32,000 bases of DNA from Alkalilimnicola ehrlichii MLHE-1 (GCF_000014785.1 NC_008340.1:330001-362000); one strand, 5' to 3'. Numbered from the stretch's first letter, positions 7,041-16,165 are shown. The notes: a model not told the origin generated them from the letters alone. Numbers and translations are program-made.

Positions 7041-8621
7041 ATGAGTATCACGGTCTCCGAACTGGACTACGACAACCACAAGCCCCAGGGGTTTCTTGAC
7101 CGCTGGGTCCTGACCACCAGTCACAAGGACATCGGCACCCTCTACCTGGTCTTCTCTCTGACCATGTTCTTTGTCGGTGGGGCCATGGCCATGGTCATCC
7201 GCGCCGAGCTGTTTCAGCCCGGCCTGAGCCTGGTGGACCCGCACTTTTTCAACCAGATGACCACCATGCACGCCCTGGTGATGATCTTCGGGGCGGTCAT
7301 GCCGGCCTTCGTGGGCTTGGCCAACTGGTTGATCCCGATGCAGATCGGGGCGCCGGACATGGCGCTGCCGCGGATGAACAACTGGAGCTTCTGGCTGCTG
7401 CCGTTCGCCTTCCTGATGTTGCTGGCAACCCTGATCATGCCCGGCGGCGGCCCCGCTTCGGGGTGGACGCTCTACCCGCCCTTATCGCTGCAGACGGGCA
7501 TGGCCCTGCCCTTCCTGATCTTCGCCATCCACGTGGCCGGGCTGTCCTCCATCATGGGCGCCATAAACATCATCGTCACCATCCTCAACCTGCGGGCGCC
7601 GGGGATGACGCTGATGAAGATGCCCCTGTTCGTCTGGACTTGGCTGATCACCGCCTTCCTGCTGATCGCGGTGATGCCGGTGCTGGCCGGTGCGGTGACC
7701 ATGCTGCTCACCGACGCCTACTTCGGCACCAGCTTCTTCTCGGCCGCCGGCGGCGGTGACCCGGTAATGTACCAGCACATCTTCTGGTTCTTCGGGCACC
7801 CCGAGGTCTACATCATGATCCTGCCGGCCTTCGGCATCGTTTCGGCGATCATCCCGGCCTTCGCCCGCAAGCCGCTGTTCGGCTATGCCTCCATGGTCTA
7901 CGCGACCGCCGCCATCGCCTTCCTGTCGTTCATCGTCTGGGCGCACCACATGTTCACGGTGGGAATGCCCACGGCCGGTGTGCTGTTCTTCATGTACGCC
8001 ACCATGCTGATCGCGGTGCCCACCGGGGTGAAGGTGTTCAACTGGGTGGCCACCATGTGGCGGGGCGCCATGACCTTCGAGACCCCCATGCTGTTCAGCA
8101 TCGCCTTCGTGGTGCTGTTCACCATCGGCGGGCTCTCCGGGATCATGCTGGCCATCGCCCCGGCGGACTTCCAGTACCACGATACCTACTTTGTGGTGGC
8201 GCACTTCCACTACGTGCTGGTCACCGGCTCGGTGTTTGCCATCTTCGCCGCCGTCTACTACTGGATTCCCAAGTGGACGGGGGTGATGTACGACGAGTTC
8301 CTGGGCAAGGTGCACTTCTGGCTGTCGGTGGTCTCGGTGAACGTGCTCTTCTTCCCGCAGCACTTCCTGGGGCTGGCCGGCATGCCGCGGCGCACCGCCG
8401 ATTACGCCCTGCAGTTCGCCGAGTGGAACATGATCTCCTCCATCGGGGGCTTCGCCTTCGGCGTCAGCCAACTGCTGTTCCTGTATATCGTCATCAAGTG
8501 CATGCGCGGCCAGGGTGAGCCGGCCCCGGCCCGCTCCTGGGAAGGGGCCGAGGGGCTGGAGTGGGAGCTGCCCTCGCCGGCCCCGCACCACACGTTCTCC
8601 AAGCCGCCGGTGATCAAATGA
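7041..8621 (+). CDS. coxA: cytochrome c oxidase subunit I
   Basis: This is a 526-aa polytopic protein with hallmark heme-copper oxidase motifs: WFFGHPEVYI, WAHHMFTVG and HFHYVL. Confidence 0.97.
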   Translation: MSITVSELDYDNHKPQGFLDRWVLTTSHKDIGTLYLVFSLTMFFVGGAMAMVIRAELFQPGLSLVDPHFFNQMTTMHALVMIFGAVMPAFVGLANWLIPMQIGAPDMALPRMNNWSFWLLPFAFLMLLATLIMPGGGPASGWTLYPPLSLQTGMALPFLIFAIHVAGLSSIMGAINIIVTILNLRAPGMTLMKMPLFVWTWLITAFLLIAVMPVLAGAVTMLLTDAYFGTSFFSAAGGGDPVMYQHIFWFFGHPEVYIMILPAFGIVSAIIPAFARKPLFGYASMVYATAAIAFLSFIVWAHHMFTVGMPTAGVLFFMYATMLIAVPTGVKVFNWVATMWRGAMTFETPMLFSIAFVVLFTIGGLSGIMLAIAPADFQYHDTYFVVAHFHYVLVTGSVFAIFAAVYYWIPKWTGVMYDEFLGKVHFWLSVVSVNVLFFPQHFLGLAGMPRRTADYALQFAEWNMISSIGGFAFGVSQLLFLYIVIKCMRGQGEPAPARSWEGAEGLEWELPSPAPHHTFSKPPVIK

Positions 8622-8779
8622 ACCACGGCCTGGACACCCATGCGGGAGGGCGCGTGAACCAGCAACGTCGGCGGATGGACAGGGCCACCCGCCGCCGGGT
8701 CTTCATCTCGGTGGCGATCCTGGCGGCGGTGGCCTTCGGACTCTACCTGTATACGGTTATCAGCCATGTACGTGCGTGA
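8618..8779 (+). CDS. small single-TM membrane protein in the cox operon (possible oxidase small assembly protein)
   Basis: The ATG at 8618 overlaps the coxA TGA (ATGA overlap). The 53-aa product has an Arg-rich N-terminus followed by one hydrophobic helix (VFISVAILAAVAFGLYLYTVI). It overlaps the ctaG start by 14 nt. The call rests on position and coupling only. Confidence 0.45.
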   Translation: MNHGLDTHAGGRVNQQRRRMDRATRRRVFISVAILAAVAFGLYLYTVISHVRA

Positions 8780-9308
8780 ACAGATTCGGCACTGGCCCCT
8801 GGTCACCAAGCTGTTGGTGGTTTGCGCTCTGATGTTCGCCTTCGGCTACGCCATGGTGCCGATCTACCGGGTGGTCTGTGAGATCACTGGCCTTAACGGC
8901 TACCTGGACGCCGGGCCACGGGCCGCCGCCGCCGCGGTGGACCGGGTGGATACCAGCCGCAAGGTCACTGTGCAATTCGTCGGCCAGATCAATGGCAACG
9001 GGCCGTGGGAGTTCCGGCCCTCCGAGCGGAGCATGCAGGTCCACCCCGGCGAGATCTACACCACCACCTACTACGCGGCGAACAAGACCGGCAGCGCGCG
9101 GGCGGGCCAGGCCAGTTACAACATGACGCCGGGTACCGCGGCCCGCTACTTTGCCAAGCCCGATTGCTTCTGCTTCACCCGCCAGGAGTTTGCGGCCGAG
9201 GAGGGGCGCAAGATGCCGGTCACCTTTTTCATCGACCCGGATCTCCCGGAAGAGGTGAATACGGTCACGCTCTCCTACACGCTGTTCGATTTGGGGAGCG
9301 ACGGCTGA
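8766..9308 (+). CDS. ctaG: cytochrome c oxidase assembly protein CtaG/Cox11 (CuB insertion)
   Basis: There is an N-terminal TM anchor and the Cox11 domain with the copper-binding CFCF motif (KPDCFCFTRQEF). Confidence 0.9.
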   Translation: MYVREQIRHWPLVTKLLVVCALMFAFGYAMVPIYRVVCEITGLNGYLDAGPRAAAAAVDRVDTSRKVTVQFVGQINGNGPWEFRPSERSMQVHPGEIYTTTYYAANKTGSARAGQASYNMTPGTAARYFAKPDCFCFTRQEFAAEEGRKMPVTFFIDPDLPEEVNTVTLSYTLFDLGSDG

Positions 9309-9339
9309 TGGGGCATCGAATAAAGAGGAGTACAAGCCC

Positions 9340-10200
9340 ATGAGTAGCGCGCACGGGGGGTATTACGTCCCACACACTAGCTACTGGCCGATGGTCGGCT
9401 GCGCCGGGGTGATGGCCTTGGTGGCGGGCTTTGCCGCCTTCCTGGTGGGGGCGGGCTGGGGCCTGCCGCTGTCGCTGGCGGGGGTGGTCATCATCATCCT
9501 GATGATGATCGGCTGGTTCGGTGACGTGATCCGGGAGAAGCGCCAGGGGCTCTACAACGACCAGATGGAGCGCTCCTTCCGCTGGGGGATGATCTGGTTC
9601 ATCTTCTCGGAAGTGATGTTTTTCGGGGCCTTTTTCGGGGCCCTGTTCTACGCCCGGGTGTTCTCCATCCCGTGGCTCGGAGGGGATGACCCGGCGACCA
9701 GCCAGTTCATCTGGGATTCGGTGGTACTGAGTTGGCCCACCGCCGGGCCGGGCTTTCTGGACCTGGACTTCCAGGTGATGGGTGCCTGGGGGTTGCCGGC
9801 GCTCAATACCGCCATCCTCCTCACCAGCGGCGTGACCCTCACCATTGCCCACCACGCCATCAAGGAGGACCACCATCAGCGCGTGGTGTGGGGGCTGGTG
9901 GCCACCATTCTCCTGGGGACGCTCTTCCTGGGCATTCAGATGTACGAGTACGTCCACGCCTACCAGGACCTGAACCTGCGGCTGGACACCGGGATCTACG
10001 GCTCGACCTTCTTCATGCTCACCGGCTTCCACGGCCTCCACGTCTTTATCGGAGCGCTGATGCTGGCGGTGATGCTGGTGCGGGTGCTCAAACGGCACTT
10101 CAGTGCCGATGACCACTTTGGCTTCGAGGCGGCGGCCTGGTACTGGCACTTTGTGGATGTGGTCTGGCTGCTGCTCTTTATCTTCGTCTACGTCCTGTGA
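9340..10200 (+). CDS. coxC: cytochrome c oxidase subunit III
   Basis: AGAGGAG lies 9 nt upstream of the ATG. The product is a 7-TM protein with FHGLHVFIG and WYWHFVDVVWL motifs. Confidence 0.93.
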   Translation: MSSAHGGYYVPHTSYWPMVGCAGVMALVAGFAAFLVGAGWGLPLSLAGVVIIILMMIGWFGDVIREKRQGLYNDQMERSFRWGMIWFIFSEVMFFGAFFGALFYARVFSIPWLGGDDPATSQFIWDSVVLSWPTAGPGFLDLDFQVMGAWGLPALNTAILLTSGVTLTIAHHAIKEDHHQRVVWGLVATILLGTLFLGIQMYEYVHAYQDLNLRLDTGIYGSTFFMLTGFHGLHVFIGALMLAVMLVRVLKRHFSADDHFGFEAAAWYWHFVDVVWLLLFIFVYVL

Positions 10201-10224
10201 CGGCGGGAGGGTGACGGTGACGGG

Positions 10225-10452
10225 TCAGCCGACGTGCAGGGGCGAGGGGTTGGGCACCACCAGCCCGCTGGCGATGGCCACCAGCACCAGCACGAAGACC
10301 ACCACCGAGAGCCCGATGCGCCAAGTCAGGGCGCGCACCACGCGCCGCTGGTCACTGCCGTCCCGGCTGAGGGCGACGGCGGCCGCGCCCAGGTTCCAGA
10401 TGATGGCGAGCAGGGCGAGGACGACGAGACCCTTGAAGATGACGGTGGCCAT
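10225..10452 (-). CDS. twin-TM small protein (DUF2909-like)
   Basis: The 75-aa product has two hydrophobic helices. It sits on the opposite strand between coxC and SURF1. As I recall, the Pseudomonas aa3 cluster has a small gene in the same position. Confidence 0.65.
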   Translation of the reverse strand: MATVIFKGLVVLALLAIIWNLGAAAVALSRDGSDQRRVVRALTWRIGLSVVVFVLVLVAIASGLVVPNPSPLHVG

Positions 10453-10503
10453 GATGGGGTTGCGCTCCGTGGCATCGAAATCAGACCGCCATTATAGGAA
10501 ATC

Positions 10504-11271
10504 ATGGCCTCGCCCGCGCCACCGCTGATGCACGGGCTGCAGGTCGGGCGCTACCGGTTTCGGCCCGGGCTCTGGCCGACGGTGGCTTTCCTGCTGCTGC
10601 TGCCGGTGCTTCTCGGCCTTGGCTTCTGGCAGTTGGACCGGGCCGATCAGCGTCAGGCCGCGGTGGATGCCCTGGCCGAGGGCGAACGGGCGCCGGTGGT
10701 GCAGCTGGATCGCGAGCAGCCGGCCTATGACACCGTCCGCCACCACCGGGGCCAGGCCACCGGGGAACCGGTGGTGGACCGGGTGTTCCTGGTGGACAAC
10801 CAGGTGCATCAGGGGCGTCACGGCTACCGGGTGCTGCAGCCCTTCCGGCTTTCCGGCAGCGAGACCGTGTTACTGGTGGATCGTGGTTGGGTGGAGGCGG
10901 CCGAGGCGCGTTCGGAACTGCCCGCACCGGAGTGGCCCTCCTGGGGTGTGCTGGTGGAAGGGGTGATCGACAGCGGGCCGTCGGTGGGTCTGCGTCTCGG
11001 CGAACCGGCCGAGGAGCACGCTCGCTGGCCCCGCCGACTGCAGTATCTGGACTACGATTACGTGGCCGGGGAGCTGGACCGCCCGGTGGTGCCCTACCTG
11101 TTGCGGCTCAGCCCGGAGCATCCGGCGGCCCTGATCCAGGACTGGAGCCCCACCGTGCTGCCTCCGGAGCGGCATCGTGGTTACGCCCTGCAGTGGTTCG
11201 GGCTGGGGTTGGCGCTGGTGGTGATCTGGCTGGTGGTGAATCTGAAACGGGAGCGCGATGACAGAGCGTAA
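10504..11271 (+). CDS. SURF1-family cytochrome oxidase biogenesis protein
   Basis: There are N- and C-terminal TM helices. FWQLDRA and LVDRGWV motifs are typical of SURF1/Shy1. Confidence 0.85.
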   Translation: MASPAPPLMHGLQVGRYRFRPGLWPTVAFLLLLPVLLGLGFWQLDRADQRQAAVDALAEGERAPVVQLDREQPAYDTVRHHRGQATGEPVVDRVFLVDNQVHQGRHGYRVLQPFRLSGSETVLLVDRGWVEAAEARSELPAPEWPSWGVLVEGVIDSGPSVGLRLGEPAEEHARWPRRLQYLDYDYVAGELDRPVVPYLLRLSPEHPAALIQDWSPTVLPPERHRGYALQWFGLGLALVVIWLVVNLKRERDDRA

Positions 11272-11884
11272 GGTCGAGAGCCCGCCGCGCGGGCGCGGGC
11301 GCTGGCAGTTGGTGGCGATCGCGCTGCTCTTCTTCCTGCCGATCGCCGTTGCCTGGCTGCTGGTGGTTAGCGACTGGCGCCCGGACAGCCTGGGTAACCA
11401 TGGCGAGTTCGTCAGTCCGCCGGAACCGGTGGCGGTGGCCGCGCTCGCCCGGGAGGATGGCAGTGCGCTTCCGGCGCAGGCGCTGCGCGGGCGCTGGAGC
11501 ATGATGCTGGTGGTGGACGGGCCCTGCGATGAGGCCTGCCAGTCCGTGCTCGATACCCTGGTGCGGGTGCGGATCGCCCTCAACCATGATGCCGACCGGG
11601 TTCAGACCCTGCTGGTGCTTCCGGAGGCTGCTGAGCGGCCGGCCCTCAACGGCTTGGGGGAGAGCGAAAGCCTGAGCCTGCTGCGTCACCGGGGGGATGA
11701 GGGGATGGCCACCGGCGACGAGGCAGGCCCCTCCGGCTTACGGGTCCACCTGGTCGACCCCGCCGGCGAGCGGATGATGGTGTACCCCCTGCCGTTGGAC
11801 GGCAGCGGTGTCCTTTCGGACGTTCGCCGACTGCTGCGCGCGTCGGACCGGGAGGCGGAGCGCCGCCGCGAGGAGGGGGTGTGA
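11258..11884 (+). CDS. membrane-anchored hypothetical protein with a CxxxC motif (possible thioredoxin-fold/SCO-like oxidase biogenesis factor)
   Basis: It overlaps the SURF1 stop by 14 nt and the ctaA start by 1-4 nt. It has one N-terminal TM helix (WQLVAIALLFFLPIAVAWLLVV). The motif VVDGPCDEACQSV resembles the CxxxC copper site of SCO proteins. Confidence 0.6.
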   Translation: MTERKVESPPRGRGRWQLVAIALLFFLPIAVAWLLVVSDWRPDSLGNHGEFVSPPEPVAVAALAREDGSALPAQALRGRWSMMLVVDGPCDEACQSVLDTLVRVRIALNHDADRVQTLLVLPEAAERPALNGLGESESLSLLRHRGDEGMATGDEAGPSGLRVHLVDPAGERMMVYPLPLDGSGVLSDVRRLLRASDREAERRREEGV

Positions 11885-12969
11885 TGGGGGCTCGCGCGTT
11901 TCAGCGCCTGGCGCTGCTGCTCACCGTCTGGACCTTCATGGTGGTGGTGCTCGGGGCCACCGTGCGGCTGATGGACGCCGGCCTGGGTTGCCCGGACTGG
12001 CCCGGCTGCTACGGTCGGCTGGTGGTGCCGCAGAGTGAGCCGGCGATCAGTCAGGCCAATCTGGCCTTTCCCGAACGGCCGGTGGAGGTGGCCAAGGGGT
12101 GGTGGGAGATGGCCCATCGCTACGTGGCCGGCCTGCTGGGCTTGATGATCCTGGCGCTGGCGGTGCTCGCTTGGCGCCGTCGCCAGGACCCGTGGCAGCC
12201 CGTGGCCCTGCCTGTGGCGGTGGTGTTTGTGGTGCTCTTCCAGTCGGTCCTCGGGGCCTGGACCGTCACCTGGCAGTTGAAGCCCATCGTGGTGGTGGCC
12301 CACCTGTTGGGGGGGCTCGCGGTGCTCGCGTTGCTCTGGTGGACCTACCTGCGCAGCCGCCGGGTCGGCCTGGCCGCCGGCGCGCCGGCGGCCGGACCTG
12401 CGATGCGGGCGGGTGCACTGGTGGTGCTGGCCGCCGTGGTGGGGCAGGTTGCCCTGGGCGGCTGGGTGAGCGCTAATTATGCCGCGCTGGCCTGTACCGA
12501 TTTCCCCACCTGTAACGGTTCTTGGTGGCCGCGGGCCGATTTCGCCGAGGCCTTCGTGCTCTGGCGGGGCCTGGGCGTCAATTACGAGTTCGGCATCCTG
12601 GACAACCCGGCGCGGGTGGCCATTCAGCTGAGCCACCGGATCGGCGCGGTGGTGGTGGTGGGCCTGGTGGTGGCGTTTGCCATTGGCCTGTTGCGCGCCA
12701 GTTCCCACCGTGCGCTGCGCCGTGGGGCCTGGCTGCTGTTGGCACTGACCCTGGCCCAGTTTGCGCTGGGGGCGGCCAATGTGCTGCTGTCCCTGCCCCT
12801 AGGGCTGGCGGCGGCGCATACGGCGGGCGCTGCGTTGCTACTGTTGGCGACGGTGCACGTGACCCATCTGCTTTTCGCCCCCACCGCCGAGGCTGCGGCG
12901 GTGGGGGGCCGCTCCCGGTCGTCGCCGGCCCCTGCCGGCGGTGCGGTCCTGGAGCAGCCATCCGGTTAG
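11884..12969 (+). CDS. ctaA: heme A synthase (COX15/CtaA)
   Basis: The ATG at 11884 overlaps the upstream TGA (TGATG). A GTG at 11881 is an alternative start. GCPDWPGCYG and a multi-TM architecture with conserved His residues are present. Confidence 0.85.
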   Translation: MGARAFQRLALLLTVWTFMVVVLGATVRLMDAGLGCPDWPGCYGRLVVPQSEPAISQANLAFPERPVEVAKGWWEMAHRYVAGLLGLMILALAVLAWRRRQDPWQPVALPVAVVFVVLFQSVLGAWTVTWQLKPIVVVAHLLGGLAVLALLWWTYLRSRRVGLAAGAPAAGPAMRAGALVVLAAVVGQVALGGWVSANYAALACTDFPTCNGSWWPRADFAEAFVLWRGLGVNYEFGILDNPARVAIQLSHRIGAVVVVGLVVAFAIGLLRASSHRALRRGAWLLLALTLAQFALGAANVLLSLPLGLAAAHTAGAALLLLATVHVTHLLFAPTAEAAAVGGRSRSSPAPAGGAVLEQPSG

Positions 12970-12979
12970 GGGTATCGCC

Positions 12980-13909
12980 ATGAAGAGTCGGGCAGAGAGT
13001 GTGCAGGACGTTGTGACCCCCGCGGGTGGGGTGTGGGTCCATTGGCGGGACTACCTCACCCTGACCAAGCCGCGGGTGGTGGTGTTGATGGTCTTCACCG
13101 CCATCGTCGGGATGTTTCTGGCCAGTCCGGGGCAGGTGCCCTGGGTGGCGTTGACCGTGGGCAGCCTGGGGATTGCCCTGGCCGCCGGCTCCGCGGCGGC
13201 CCTGAACCACTTGGCGGATCAACGCATCGACGCCATCATGGCGCGCACCCGCCGCCGACCGCTGCCCTCCGGCCACCTGCGACCGCTACAGGTGCTGGGC
13301 TTTTCGTCCTTGCTCGGGGTGGCCGGGCTGGGGATGCTGGCGCTGTGGATAAATCCGCTGACCGCGGCGCTCACCTTCGCCTCATTGATCGGTTATGCCC
13401 TGGTCTACACCCTTTACCTCAAGCGCGCTACGCCGCAGAACATCGTGATCGGCGGGGCCGCCGGCGCAGCGCCCCCGCTGTTGGGCTGGACGGCGGTGAC
13501 CGGCAGTGTCGATGCCCATGCCCTGCTGTTGTTCCTCATTGTCTTCGTCTGGACGCCGCCCCACTTCTGGGCCCTGGCGGTGGCCCGGTTGAAGGACTAT
13601 GAGCGTGCGGACGTGCCCATGCTGCCGGTGGTCTACGGTGAGCGCTTCACCCGTTGGCAGATCCTGCTGTACACCGTGCTGTTGCTGGCGGTCAGCCTGC
13701 TGCCCTGGGCCACTTTCATGGGCGGGTGGCTGTACCTGGCGGCGGCGGTGGGCCTGGGTGGCTGGTACCTGATGTTGAACGTGCGGCTGCTGCTGACACC
13801 CGGGCCACGCCTGCCGATGCGGTCCTTCCGCTTCTCGATCATCTACCTCTTCGGGTTGTTTGCCGCCCTGCTGGTGGATCGGCAGTTGCCGGTATGGTTG
13901 GGCGCCTGA
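12980..13909 (+). CDS. ctaB: protoheme IX farnesyltransferase (heme O synthase)
   Basis: The ATG is at 12980 (MKSRAES...). UbiA-family motifs are present: YLTLTKPRVV and NHLADQRIDAIMARTRRRPL. Confidence 0.92.
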   Translation: MKSRAESVQDVVTPAGGVWVHWRDYLTLTKPRVVVLMVFTAIVGMFLASPGQVPWVALTVGSLGIALAAGSAAALNHLADQRIDAIMARTRRRPLPSGHLRPLQVLGFSSLLGVAGLGMLALWINPLTAALTFASLIGYALVYTLYLKRATPQNIVIGGAAGAAPPLLGWTAVTGSVDAHALLLFLIVFVWTPPHFWALAVARLKDYERADVPMLPVVYGERFTRWQILLYTVLLLAVSLLPWATFMGGWLYLAAAVGLGGWYLMLNVRLLLTPGPRLPMRSFRFSIIYLFGLFAALLVDRQLPVWLGA

Positions 13910-13925
13910 GGCGGGGGGCGGGTGC

Positions 13926-14324
13926 TTAGGCGGGCCAACGGCCGTCGGGCAGCCGCACCGCGTTACGTGGCACGCGATTCAGCCAGTAGATCCAGACCGG
14001 TCGTGGCGGGCCCTTCCCGGGCCGCGCCCGCACCACTTCGCGCCGGTACAGGCCGGCCTCCGGCCGATGCGGGGTCGCCCCCTCGTAGTCGTCCAGCAGC
14101 GGCAGCAGGCGTTTCGGCTGCAACAGGGTGACGATCCGGCCTTCGATTCGGCTGTCGCTGCGGGTGGCCGGGATGGCCCCGGGATAGGGGCCCAGGTCCA
14201 GTAGTTCGCCGCGGACCCAGGCCCGCGGCCCCATGAGCGCATAGCGATCCATGGCCTCCCGCACGGTGGGGTCCGGGGCGCCGTGGATCAGCGTGCCGTA
14301 GACGAAAAGCTCCCGTGGTCCCAT
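13926..14324 (-). CDS. gamma-glutamylcyclotransferase/AIG2-like family protein
   Basis: The N-terminal LFVYGTL, an internal GEL..LG.YPG and the DDYEG motif are typical of the GGCT-like fold. Confidence 0.7.
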   Translation of the reverse strand: MGPRELFVYGTLIHGAPDPTVREAMDRYALMGPRAWVRGELLDLGPYPGAIPATRSDSRIEGRIVTLLQPKRLLPLLDDYEGATPHRPEAGLYRREVVRARPGKGPPRPVWIYWLNRVPRNAVRLPDGRWPA

Positions 14325-14330
14325 GGGCGT

Positions 14331-14927
14331 TCAGTTGCCGTGGCGTTCGCCCCGTTCGACACGTTCCACCTCGCCTCGGTGCAGGATTACCAGGCGGTAG
14401 AAATGCTGGGGGCCGAAGTCATAGAGCCATTCCTCAACGATGCGTTCCGGGCCGCCGTACCAAGGAGCCCGTGGCGGGCTGGATCCGGCCCGGCGGCGGA
14501 TGGTCAGCGAGTCGGGCTCGCCGCAGCGGGCCACCAACTCCAACTCGCTCATGCCCGCGCGCAGATCGCGCGGCCGGCAACTGCCCGGGCTGTCCGGATT
14601 GAAGCCGTAACCGGCGGTCTCGATCTGGCGCAGGCGGCCGTGGCGGAACCGCAGTACGCGCATCAGGCGCTGCGGCCCGAGGTTGTAATACCAGACCTCC
14701 TCTTCGGCGATCCAGCCCCGTGCCGGCAGATAGCTGGACCAAACCATGCTGCGGTGATCGGGCTCGCCGCAGGCGGAGCGCACGTCGTAGTCCCGATCCC
14801 CGGTGGTGACCAGGCGGGCGCCGCAGCGCATGCTGGCCTCGGTCGGCGCTGCGACCGCCAACAGCACCAGGGCGATTAGGCCGAGGGTGAGGGTGTGGAG
14901 CATGGCATTGCGGTCAGGCGTATTCAT
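14331..14927 (-). CDS. secreted DUF2845-like protein (two tandem domains)
   Basis: The signal peptide is LGLIALVLLAVAAPTEA. Two copies of a C-G-x-LV/…-CGEPD module are present (MRCGARLVTTGD...ACGEPD and a later ARCGEPD). The alternative start is the ATG at 14903. Confidence 0.6.
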   Translation of the reverse strand: MNTPDRNAMLHTLTLGLIALVLLAVAAPTEASMRCGARLVTTGDRDYDVRSACGEPDHRSMVWSSYLPARGWIAEEEVWYYNLGPQRLMRVLRFRHGRLRQIETAGYGFNPDSPGSCRPRDLRAGMSELELVARCGEPDSLTIRRRAGSSPPRAPWYGGPERIVEEWLYDFGPQHFYRLVILHRGEVERVERGERHGN

Positions 14928-15204
14928 CGATCCCCAGGGAGGGGCGGTCGCGTGGTGCCGCCGGCGCCTGATCGTCGGTGCGCTGGTCACGGCGGACGGC
15001 GCTGTCCGTGGGCGCACCGGCCCGCCGCGGGCGCGACCCGGCGGTGAGCGGCCGGTGCTCGCGACGTTCCTCGCCGGTGTCCTCCTGCTGCCGGGGGTGA
15101 ACCACCGGGTAGGGGCTGACCGGCAGGATGCTTTCTATGGTGGGTGGCGTGCGCGGTTTGGCGGCGTTGCGCACCGGGTCCACCAGCGGTGGCACCTGCA
15201 GCAT
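14914..15204 (-). CDS. possible small Pro/Arg-rich protein (96 aa, no recognisable domain)
   Basis: The ATG at 15204 is preceded by GGGAGG with 5-nt spacing on the minus strand. Third codon positions are overwhelmingly G/C by eye, as in the real genes here. It fills the mlaA-DUF2845 gap. I recognise no homology. Confidence 0.3.
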   Translation of the reverse strand: MLQVPPLVDPVRNAAKPRTPPTIESILPVSPYPVVHPRQQEDTGEERREHRPLTAGSRPRRAGAPTDSAVRRDQRTDDQAPAAPRDRPSLGIDEYA

Positions 15205-15277
15205 GGGAACCTCCCGGCGCCGAGCGCCTACGACCTCATGCCCTTACCGGAAAGTGTACCCCATGCGCCGGTCGGCT

Positions 15278-16165
15278 TCAGTCCCAGTCGCCGTCACCTT
15301 CGTCCCACTCCTCGTCCCATTCATCGGACCACTCGTCATCCCATTCGTCGTCCCACTCGTCGTCCCGCCCGGTCAGACGCCCCGCACGTTGCTGCTGGTA
15401 GGCCTCGCGCATGAAGACATAGGGGTCGGCCCCCGACTCTTCCATGATCCGGGTGGCGGGCAGCAGGCGGGCCCGGGTGTCGATGATGTCCACGGCGGCC
15501 AGGGTCCAGCGCACGTCGCGCTCCTGGTCTGTCCAATGGGTGGGGCCGGTATACTCCCGGGTCAGGTACTGGACGCCCAACCCCGTGGCGTCGCGGATGT
15601 TGCTGGGCCCGAGGAAGGGCAGGACCAGGTAGGGGCCGGTGTCCAGACCCCAGGTGCCCAGGGTGAGGCCAAAGTCGGTCCGCTGGCGCTCCAGGCCTAG
15701 CCCGCCGGCGACGTCGAACAGCCCCAGCAGGCCGAAGGTGGAATTGAACAGGAAGCGCAAGGTGCCCTCGGTGGCGGCCCCGGCGTTGCCCTGCAGCCCG
15801 TGGTTTACCACGTTGACCGGTTCACCCAGGTTGGCAAAGAAGTTCGTGATCCGGTTCCGTCCCGGCTCCGGCACGGCCCTGACGTAACCGCGGGCCACCG
15901 GACGGGCCACGGTGCGGTCGAAGAAGTCGTTGAAGGCGAACACCACGCGGTTGTAGCGCTCCAGCGGATCCCGGGTGCGGGGTTCGCCCTCCCAGGCGGC
16001 CCAATCCTCGTCCCAATCGGTGGCCTCGGTCGCGGTACCGGCGTCCCCGGTGGCGCCGTCGCCGGGCGCCGTGGACGCCGGCGCCGGCCCGTCCCCACCG
16101 TTGGCGCAGGCGCTGAGCAGCAGCAGGGCGGCGAGCAGGGGCAACAGTCGGGTGGGCAATCTCAT
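15278..16165 (-). CDS. mlaA: MlaA/VacJ-family outer-membrane lipoprotein with an acidic Trp-rich C-terminal tail
   Basis: The lipobox is LLLLSAC. DPLERYNRVVFAFNDFFD and NFFANLGEPV are typical of MlaA. A GTG at 16168 is an alternative start. Confidence 0.88.
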   Translation of the reverse strand: MRLPTRLLPLLAALLLLSACANGGDGPAPASTAPGDGATGDAGTATEATDWDEDWAAWEGEPRTRDPLERYNRVVFAFNDFFDRTVARPVARGYVRAVPEPGRNRITNFFANLGEPVNVVNHGLQGNAGAATEGTLRFLFNSTFGLLGLFDVAGGLGLERQRTDFGLTLGTWGLDTGPYLVLPFLGPSNIRDATGLGVQYLTREYTGPTHWTDQERDVRWTLAAVDIIDTRARLLPATRIMEESGADPYVFMREAYQQQRAGRLTGRDDEWDDEWDDEWSDEWDEEWDEGDGDWD

